Part shown: piece by piece, positions 57,268 through 64,000 of the stretch
Numbering within the stretch: the stretch's first letter is position 1
Layout: every line of letters begins with the position of its first letter
Source of the DNA: Sedimentisphaerales bacterium
GTDB lineage: Bacteria; Planctomycetota; Phycisphaerae; Sedimentisphaerales; SM23-30
Direction: 5' to 3' (one strand)
DNA length: 64,000 nt
Assembly: GCA_963666285.1 (NCBI GenBank)
Contig: OY762711.1
The notes under the pieces: generated by a model
Seen by the model: the letters and a program-made list of their open reading frames with translations, nothing else
Database searches by the model: none
Told to the model about the DNA's origin: nothing
Made by a program: the position numbers and the translations under genes

Positions 57268-58503
57268 TTATGGCTGCAATTTGACCTGCCTTGGTCCGAT
57301 TGAGCTGAGTGAGAAATCTGCTGCAGGGTTATTCCTGGCATATTCAATTAACTCATCAAGTGTAACGCTATTGATAGCGTTTTCAATTTCTTCCAGTGTG
57401 CGGGTATTTTTTAGATGATAGTAATCGTTGGCAAGGGATCTGGAGCGAGCGCTGCTGGATTCTCCCTGCATGATCAATGATGCTCTAAGCCCGGTTTTGG
57501 CTCTGTCAAGTTCATCTTGGGAAATTCCATCGCCAAGTTTATTGAGTTCATCAATAATTACCGAAACAGCTTCTTGTGATTTTTCCGGAGAGCTGCCGAC
57601 ATAAGCCATCATTGCGCCTTTATTGTCTATTAGAGAGAGGTTTGCTCCTACCGCATAGCAAAGTCCGCGTTTTTCCCTGACTTCTGTAAAGAGGCGGCTT
57701 CCCATTCCTCCCGAAAGGACATTAGCGAGAAGAACCGCTTTGTAGTAGTCTTTATGGCTTATGTGTATCGAAGGCCATGCCAGGCTGATATGAGTTTGTG
57801 AACCTTCATTGGCAATGTGGGAATTTCCTGCATTGAATTCCACCTCGGGTAATGGCTGATTTTCACTTCCTTGCCAGCAGCCGAAGTATTTTTCGATCAT
57901 GTTTTTTGCCTGGTCGAATTCAATTCCTCCTGCGATACTGATAATAGCATCGACAGGGGTATAGTTCTGCTGCCAGTAAGCTTTAACATCAGCACATGTA
58001 ACTTTTTCTACTTCATCCATTTTACCCATCGAAGGTCTGTTCATTGGATGATTCAAAAATGTCTCCTTTGCCAGTATCGATACTTTCTGGCGAGGGTCAT
58101 CTTCAATAGATGCAATTGATTGAAGAGCAAGTGCCTGTGAATTGACAAACTCATTATCGTTCAGGTGAGGCCTGAGTATAATATCAGCGATTAATGCCAG
58201 TGCCTGATCCAGGTTGGAATTAGTTAAAACGCCGGAGAAGCTCGAAGTGAAAATCCCTGCAGAATTATGGTAGTGTAATCCAAGTCTGTCCAGTGCCTGA
58301 TTTAGTTCGATGTTGCTATAATTTCCGGCTCCTCGAAATATATGTTCCGATAATATGTTTGCCGTACCGTTCAGACCGTCATTATCGCGTGCAGAACCAG
58401 ATTTTATTATTATATCAAATGATGCAGATATTCGTTCTGACATCTGTTCTGTTACCAATGTAAGGCCATTGGAAAAATTATGTATATTTATTCTGTTAAG
58501 CAT
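57268..58503 (-). CDS. M16B (pitrilysin-like) peptidase homologue, probably the non-catalytic subunit
   Basis: F.NGL.LV, GS..D, GGMGSRLF.EVREKRGLCY and EL.RAK; HxxEH is replaced by NILSE. Confidence 0.85.
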   Translation of the reverse strand: MLNRINIHNFSNGLTLVTEQMSERISASFDIIIKSGSARDNDGLNGTANILSEHIFRGAGNYSNIELNQALDRLGLHYHNSAGIFTSSFSGVLTNSNLDQALALIADIILRPHLNDNEFVNSQALALQSIASIEDDPRQKVSILAKETFLNHPMNRPSMGKMDEVEKVTCADVKAYWQQNYTPVDAIISIAGGIEFDQAKNMIEKYFGCWQGSENQPLPEVEFNAGNSHIANEGSQTHISLAWPSIHISHKDYYKAVLLANVLSGGMGSRLFTEVREKRGLCYAVGANLSLIDNKGAMMAYVGSSPEKSQEAVSVIIDELNKLGDGISQDELDRAKTGLRASLIMQGESSSARSRSLANDYYHLKNTRTLEEIENAINSVTLDELIEYARNNPAADFSLSSIGPRQVKLQP

Positions 58504-58746
58504 TTTATGTCTCTATTGCCAAAAAAAAAATTATACTTTTATTTATCTTATTTCGCCAAAAAGTCCGAATTTTCTTCAAATTTATCATTTTTTATCTAAA
58601 ATTTACCGCTCATTTGACGATTAATCTAGTTAGCAGTAAATTTTGGTGGAAAATTCAATTTTTATATGCGAATAAGGAATAGAGTATTTTGGAACTATAG
58701 CACTATGAATTGTATAATTTTTATGGAATTGCAATAAAAATAATTC

Positions 58747-58774
58747 TTGACGATAGTGTTTTTTATTCTATACT
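58747..58774 (+). promoter_or_regulatory. Sigma70-type promoter of the dksA-like gene
   Basis: TTGACG-16 bp-TATACT. Confidence 0.55.
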
Positions 58775-58837
58775 TTTGCAGTCGCAAAATCGTTTTGCGA
58801 AGGATATATGGAAAGATTTTTACGGAAATAATCAGTT

Positions 58838-59320
58838 ATGACTACTGAAAGAAAAAGTAAAACACCGACAAGGGCGAGACGCAGGAAGAGTGCCCCTGCA
58901 ATAGAAAAGCCTTTAAGTTCGGAAGAAATAGAAGGTTATAGAGAAAAATTGTTGGACATACGTCGTGATCTTCTCGGTGATATGGGTAAGATGGAAAACG
59001 ATGCTTTTGATAAGAATTCCAATGGTGAACTATCCAGTATGCCTGTTCATATGGCTGATATTGGTACCGATAACTATGAGCAGGAATTTACCCTGGGTCT
59101 ATTGGATTCAGAACGAAAAATGCTCAAGGAAGTCGATCACGCACTGGAAAAGATAGCTGAAGGCACCTATGGCGTGTGTGAAGGAACAGGAAAACAGATT
59201 GGCCGAGCTCGTCTGAATGCTAAGCCTTATGCCAGGTATAGTGTTGAATTCAGAACTCTTTTGGAAAAAGGGCTGGTTGATGAGCCAAATGAAAATGAAG
59301 GGCAAGCTGAGTCTGCTTAA
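58838..59320 (+). CDS. dksA: TraR/DksA family transcription factor (degenerate Zn finger)
   Basis: HMAD.GTD..EQE, L.E...AL.KI..GTYG.CE.TG..I...RL.A.P.AR.S. Confidence 0.85.
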   Translation: MTTERKSKTPTRARRRKSAPAIEKPLSSEEIEGYREKLLDIRRDLLGDMGKMENDAFDKNSNGELSSMPVHMADIGTDNYEQEFTLGLLDSERKMLKEVDHALEKIAEGTYGVCEGTGKQIGRARLNAKPYARYSVEFRTLLEKGLVDEPNENEGQAESA

Positions 59321-59346
59321 ATTGCTCAAATAATTTGTAATCAATT

Positions 59347-59385
59347 AAAGCATCGCAAAATATAATGTTGAGCGATGCTTTTTTT
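59347..59385 (+). terminator. Intrinsic terminator
   Basis: AAAGCATCGC-loop-GCGATGCTTT followed by a T-run. Confidence 0.75.
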
Positions 59386-59564
59386 ATTGATATTTGTCTA
59401 TGTGGATAGTCTTTGTTACGTTAAAAAGATAAATAAAAAGTTTGTAACTATCTGGTAAATTTCTATTATAAAAGGGTGCCAGGAATTCCTTAGTTGAATT
59501 CATTTACATGTAAACCGAGCTTACCCCTCGATTCGGCTGCAACAGAAAATTATTAAAGAATAAA

Positions 59565-60134
59565 ATGACAAATAAATTAGAAAAGAAAGAAATTGCTCTA
59601 TTTAACCCATTGCCGCATATTATTTTATGGGTAATATTTGCTATTGGTCTGGCAATAGACCTGGTTTCAAAAAAAATGGTTTTAGAGCATATTGGTACGC
59701 CTGAAAATCAAAAGCCGATAGAAATTGTTGAAGGCTGGCTCAGGTTCAGTACAGTCTTAAATCCTGGCGCTGTATGGGGATCATTCGCAAATAAAACATT
59801 TTTTCTGCTGGGAGTTTCTTTTGTCGCAGTTATATTTATTTTCTGGCTATTCTCAACCTCAAACAAAAAGGCATGGCATGTCCATCTGTCGTGCGGCATG
59901 ATACTGGCAGGTGCGTGCGGCAATATTCATGACAGGCTATTCAATGAAGGGCATGTAGTTGACTTTATAGAGGTTAATTTACATTTTTGGCCTGCTAACC
60001 CTTGGCCTACATTTAATATTGCTGACAGTCTCCTTTGTGTTGGCGTTCCAATTTTGGTAATACCAATGCTGATTACTGATATTGCAGCTATTTCAAAACA
60101 TAAAAAGAAAAATTGTAACGAGCTCAATGCCTGA
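59565..60134 (+). CDS. lspA: Signal peptidase II (lipoprotein signal peptidase)
   Basis: D..SK, N.GA.WG, GA.GN..DR, V.DFI and WPTFNIAD. Confidence 0.95.
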   Translation: MTNKLEKKEIALFNPLPHIILWVIFAIGLAIDLVSKKMVLEHIGTPENQKPIEIVEGWLRFSTVLNPGAVWGSFANKTFFLLGVSFVAVIFIFWLFSTSNKKAWHVHLSCGMILAGACGNIHDRLFNEGHVVDFIEVNLHFWPANPWPTFNIADSLLCVGVPILVIPMLITDIAAISKHKKKNCNELNA

Positions 60135-60213
60135 TTATTTAAACATCTGTAAAGTATTGATTTAGGCTGTTTTTTGTTTTTTTACAGTTCGTGAAAAAAA
60201 GTTCACAAACAGC

Positions 60214-60242
60214 TTGATATGCTAAAAATCATATGATATAAT
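60214..60242 (+). promoter_or_regulatory. Sigma70 promoter of tRNA-Tyr
   Basis: TTGATA-17 bp-TATAAT. Confidence 0.7.
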
Positions 60243-60289
60243 ACTGGTCTTTGACAAAGCTCATCTATGATCTTTGTTAAAACTTTGCC

Positions 60290-60372
60290 GGGTCGATGCC
60301 CGAGTGGCTAAAGGGGACGGGCTGTAAACCCGTTGGCGAAAGCCTTCGATGGTTCGAATCCATCTCGGCCCA
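60290..60372 (+). tRNA. tRNA-Tyr (GTA), CCA not encoded
   Basis: Acceptor stem GGGTCGA/TCGGCCC; anticodon arm ACGGG-CTGTAAA-CCCGT; long variable arm GGC-GAAA-GCC; T-loop GGTTCGAATCC. Confidence 0.96.
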
Positions 60373-60375
60373 TAT

Positions 60376-60410
60376 AACCTGCATTTCTTTTAGGATGTGC
60401 AGGTTTTTTT
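60376..60410 (+). terminator. Intrinsic terminator after tRNA-Tyr
   Basis: AACCTGCATTTC-loop-GGATGTGCAGGTT followed by a T-run. Confidence 0.8.
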
Positions 60411-60574
60411 ATGCGCATACAAAATGTGAGTTTTTATGAGATGAATTTTGTTTAGCAGCAGTCATTAATATATACAGGTATTTTTTTGTATTTTGCCTGG
60501 ATTTGATAGGAATCCGGTATTTACCCGTGAATGTCTTATGTTGTACCGGGAGTTTTGTAAAGCAGGGCTTGAGA

Positions 60575-63151
60575 ATGAAAACACATATTGCCGGATTTAT
60601 AACTAAATATTGCCGGTTGCTCTCGGTATTAACATTATTATCTCTTGTCATACCGCTAATGCAGTTTCCAAAGGTATCTGTTCATAATTCAGTTGAAATG
60701 TGGCTGTCACCTGATCAGCCTGCCTTTAATTCATACAAGAAGTTTCTAAATAGATATGGTTCCGAACAGTTTATAGTACTGGCATCACGATGGGATGACC
60801 CGCTGGCTGATGAGGCACTTGATCTTCAGGTGGGTCTTGCACGTGATATTCAGAGAATACCTTCTGTGCAAAGTGTTTTTGATTTTGGTACAATTGCACG
60901 GCATGTAGAGGCTTCTCAAGTGAGTATGCAGGAAGTGTTAAGGGCAGGAGGGCAGTTATTTCAGGCTAAAGACACTATAGAAAGTGAAGCGTCTGAATCA
61001 CCTGCTAGCAGTGCAACTCCCTCAGCCCCTAAATCAGTTCTTTCAGGCAGTGTATTAGAGAATGTAAGTGATTTATATATGGCGATGCATTCTCTCGGCG
61101 TAAGTTTCAATGATTTTCGTGTTGCAGCTGATAATGTGTCTAATGCTTGTGTGGTGTTTGGGGATGAAATAGAAAGATATTTTAATGCAGTAACCAAAGA
61201 ATATTCCGGCAGCTACACGATACCGTCCTTTCTCTATTGTGCTTGTAGAGAACTTGCATACTCATATGTTGAATTATCTAATGAATTTTCCCGTTTGAAT
61301 ATTGATGACTATGCGAGGTTTGTTGGTATTAATCGCCCGGATTGGCGAACTTTTATGCGAACAGAGCCGTTGTTTAAGAATTTTATTATTGGCCCTGACG
61401 GTCACACTGTAGGAATGATAATTACAATTGATAATAAACTGCCAATTACAGAAACTGTGGAAGCTGTTAACAATGCTATTGGTAATTCAGGCATAAGTCA
61501 AAACAATGTTTTCCTGGCAGGAACACCTTTGATAAATATTGAGTTTGATAGAGGTTCCAAATTGGTTTCGATAAGATTTTTACCAGTTGCAATAGGGATT
61601 GGGACAATAGCTTTAATAGTTATTATACGCAATATCGTGGGTTGCATAGCCATAACAGTTACCCTGGTATCTTCGATGATCTGGACTATAGGTTTGCTGA
61701 TTATGTCAGGTCGGAGCATGAATATGGTGACTATAACTCTTCCGGCTTTACTTATATGTCTTGCTTTAGCGGGAAATATTCATATTGTTACTCATTATTT
61801 CTACCTGATGACCTCCGGAGTAAAATCTTATGATGCACTAAAAAGAACTGTCAGCACAATGCTTTTTCCAGTATTTATGACAAGCCTGACAACCGCGGTA
61901 GGTTTTGCTTCTGTGATGGTTTCCGTTATCAGGCCGATACAGGACTTTGGTTTGTTTGCTGCTATAGGTATAATGATTTCCGGTCTATTCAATTTTATTT
62001 TACTTCCCGGTATATTATCTTTTAATCAAGTTATTCCACGATCTGAGCAATTTAGCTCGCAGCACTGGACGCATAGGTTTATTGTTTTATTTTCTTTACG
62101 CAGACTTGTTTTTTTTACTGCCGTTATATTATTTGGTTTTGGACTTTTCTTTGCGGTGAAAGTTAAGGCAAACAGTGATACTGTTTCGTTTTTGCCTTCA
62201 GACAGCAAAGTTACAAAGGACTATTATGCTATAATGAATAACTTGACAGGTCTGTACTCAATTGAGGTTGATATCGAATCTACCGGAGCCAATCGAGAGA
62301 ATACGCTTAAAGCGATACATACTATAGCAGCAAAGCTGGATGAAAATCCTCTTGTTGCCAAGGTATTGTATCCGGGGCAGTTTAAGTCTTTTATATCTCG
62401 TCTAGGTTTGCCGGCAATTGTTTCATTTTATTCAGACCCAAACAAGGATAAGTTTCTCGGGATGCTGAAACGTTTCCAGGCTAAAGATTACACAAGCAAC
62501 CATTGGCGTTTGACTATATTTTCTCGAGCTCAGGGATCAGCGGGCTGCCAGGAACTTCAGTCGCAGATTCAGGATGAGTTAAAAGTTTTGGATTCAATCG
62601 CAGAATATTCAGTTACCGGGCTGGTGCCATTACTGAATGAATCGCAAAATGCTATTGTGCATACACAGATTCGCAGCTTTTCCATTGCTGTTGTTGTAAT
62701 TATGCTATTGATAGGTATTTTTATGAGGTCTTTCAAGGCACTTCTGGCAGCGATTGTGCCAAATGCACTTCCAATAGTGACACTATTTGCCTTTATGGCG
62801 GTTTGTGGCATCAATCTCGATGTTGCTACTGTTATGATTGCCGGTATTGCAACCGGAATTGCCGCGGATGATACTATACATTTTCTTGCATGCTATCAGA
62901 CTCTCAGGCCCCGGCATTCATCGTCAAAGAGTGCATTAATCGCGGTATATGATCAGACAGGGCGGAGTATTACCTGGACATCAATAATTGCAGCATGCGG
63001 GTTCTCAATTCTGCTTTTGGCACCATTTAAGCCGCTGCAATATTTTGGCTTGCTCGGATCGGTTACTATGTTGACAGCATGGCTATGTGACATAATAGTT
63101 TTGCCGGCATGCATCAATTTACTGAATTTATGGGAGCCGACAGGTAAATAA
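60575..63151 (+). CDS. MMPL/RND family transporter
   Basis: Two 1+5 TM repeats; PVFMTSLTTAVGF.S, PI.DFG, I..GIA.DDTIHF and GF..L....F.P...FG.L; start at MKTHIAG. Confidence 0.9.
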   Translation: MKTHIAGFITKYCRLLSVLTLLSLVIPLMQFPKVSVHNSVEMWLSPDQPAFNSYKKFLNRYGSEQFIVLASRWDDPLADEALDLQVGLARDIQRIPSVQSVFDFGTIARHVEASQVSMQEVLRAGGQLFQAKDTIESEASESPASSATPSAPKSVLSGSVLENVSDLYMAMHSLGVSFNDFRVAADNVSNACVVFGDEIERYFNAVTKEYSGSYTIPSFLYCACRELAYSYVELSNEFSRLNIDDYARFVGINRPDWRTFMRTEPLFKNFIIGPDGHTVGMIITIDNKLPITETVEAVNNAIGNSGISQNNVFLAGTPLINIEFDRGSKLVSIRFLPVAIGIGTIALIVIIRNIVGCIAITVTLVSSMIWTIGLLIMSGRSMNMVTITLPALLICLALAGNIHIVTHYFYLMTSGVKSYDALKRTVSTMLFPVFMTSLTTAVGFASVMVSVIRPIQDFGLFAAIGIMISGLFNFILLPGILSFNQVIPRSEQFSSQHWTHRFIVLFSLRRLVFFTAVILFGFGLFFAVKVKANSDTVSFLPSDSKVTKDYYAIMNNLTGLYSIEVDIESTGANRENTLKAIHTIAAKLDENPLVAKVLYPGQFKSFISRLGLPAIVSFYSDPNKDKFLGMLKRFQAKDYTSNHWRLTIFSRAQGSAGCQELQSQIQDELKVLDSIAEYSVTGLVPLLNESQNAIVHTQIRSFSIAVVVIMLLIGIFMRSFKALLAAIVPNALPIVTLFAFMAVCGINLDVATVMIAGIATGIAADDTIHFLACYQTLRPRHSSSKSALIAVYDQTGRSITWTSIIAACGFSILLLAPFKPLQYFGLLGSVTMLTAWLCDIIVLPACINLLNLWEPTGK

Positions 63152-63330
63152 TAGCAGGATAATCCCGATGTTATGACTTTTGGCCTTAAGTTGTTACTTT
63201 GTAGTCATTTACAGTGTAGGTAGGGTTGGTTTGCTGTTAATTTATGGTCAGTTTCTATGAGGAATATGATGGTTTTAGACCAATATTTTTAAAACATTAT
63301 TAAATTTATAAATTTTTATTATTTAATCAG

Positions 63331-63358
63331 TTGACACATCTTCTTAAGTAGCTATAAT
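63331..63358 (+). promoter_or_regulatory. rRNA operon promoter (rrn P1-like) with AT-rich UP region
   Basis: Perfect TTGACA-16 bp-TATAAT preceded by A/T tracts. Confidence 0.85.
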
Positions 63359-63365
63359 TATGCGT

Positions 63366-63417
63366 CTCAACATTGGGCGAGTAAGTCAGATGTTGAGAGC
63401 AAAAAGTTCTTTGACAA
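63366..63417 (+). promoter_or_regulatory. rrn leader antitermination boxB-like hairpin and boxA
   Basis: CTCAACAT...ATGTTGAG hairpin (63366-63397) followed by GTTCTTTGACAA (63406-63417). Confidence 0.65.
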
Positions 63418-63642
63418 TTAAACAGTGACATATGCTTTATAGCGAGAATGTGATCTTTTACCGGGAACTATGAGTCCTGGTAAGAGTTAAACAAATAGCG
63501 GGTTACGACCCCGCATTTGGTGTAAAAAAATTGGTAACTTTCCTACCCGGGAAGGTTACTATTCAACATTCTCAATCATAGGTGAGTTTTTGTTGAGCCA
63601 TCAATCGTAAATATCATAACTTCGGTTATGACAACGATAAAT

Positions 63643-64000
63643 CAATTGAAGAGTTTGATCCTGGCTCAGAACGAACGCTGGCGGCGTGGCTAAGACATGC
63701 AAGTCGAACGAACTGAGAGAATTTCGGTTTTCAAAGTTAGTGGCGGATGGATGAGTAATGCATAAATAACGTACCCTTGACTCTGGGATAGCTGCGGGTT
63801 TTACCCTTTAGCGAAAGTGCAGGTAATACCGGATAACATTCCGATATCGTATGGTAATGGAATCAAAGAATTTTGGTCAGGGAGCGGTTTATGTCGTATC
63901 AGTTAGTTGGTGGGGTAAAGGCCTACCAAGACTTCGACGCGTAGCGGGACTGAGAGGTTGGCCCGCCATATCGGGACTGAGACACTGCCCGGACCTCCAC
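63643..64000 (+). rRNA. rrs: 16S rRNA gene, 5' part (continues past the window)
   Basis: AGAGTTTGATCCTGGCTCAG at 63650, AACGCTGGCGGC, CATGCAAGTCGAACG, and the planctomycete-like GGGACTGAGACACTGCCC. Confidence 0.98.

Noticed and set aside
357..62814. Numerous 60-210 aa antisense or alternate-frame ORFs in the ORF track
   Set aside because: They overlap well-supported genes and show no recognisable motifs; treated as shadow ORFs.

Overview
Chromosomal window from a planctomycete, most likely class Phycisphaerae (Sedimentisphaerales-like). This is inferred from the 16S rRNA 5' end, VPAPGA-type PEP-CTERM tails, dockerin-like 'D..D...WL' C-termini and an ECF sigma/FecR-LamG pair. Left to right it holds: a GH78 alpha-L-rhamnosidase (5'-truncated), a GLUG-repeat surface protein, a GltD-like Fe-S flavoprotein, rnd and exbD, secreted and TPR-like proteins, two PEP-CTERM proteins, and fliR-flhB. 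Next comes a ~22 kb Wzx/Wzy polysaccharide cluster rich in tailoring enzymes: 3 B12-radical SAM, 1 radical SAM/SPASM, 3 methyltransferases, AsnB and a WcaF-like acetyltransferase. Two genes in it look damaged. The right part has an ECF sigma/anti-sigma module, a rhombosortase with its GlyGly-CTERM VIT-vWA target under a sigma54 promoter, an inactive M16 peptidase, a Zn-less DksA-like protein, lspA, tRNA-Tyr, an MMPL transporter and the start of a 16S rRNA gene. The most striking unexplained signal is at ~5.4-11 kb. Two ~600 bp non-coding elements (5385-5994 and 9546-10144) are inverted copies of each other. Each carries about 18 RCGG(A/C)G motifs spaced 10-11 bp apart (one helical turn), plus conserved palindromes. 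They point away from each other and straddle a switch of + strand GC skew from C-rich to G-rich, the polarity expected at a replication origin, yet no dnaA is nearby. A 3x ~290 bp tandem repeat abuts the right copy. All assignments were made by eye, without database searches.
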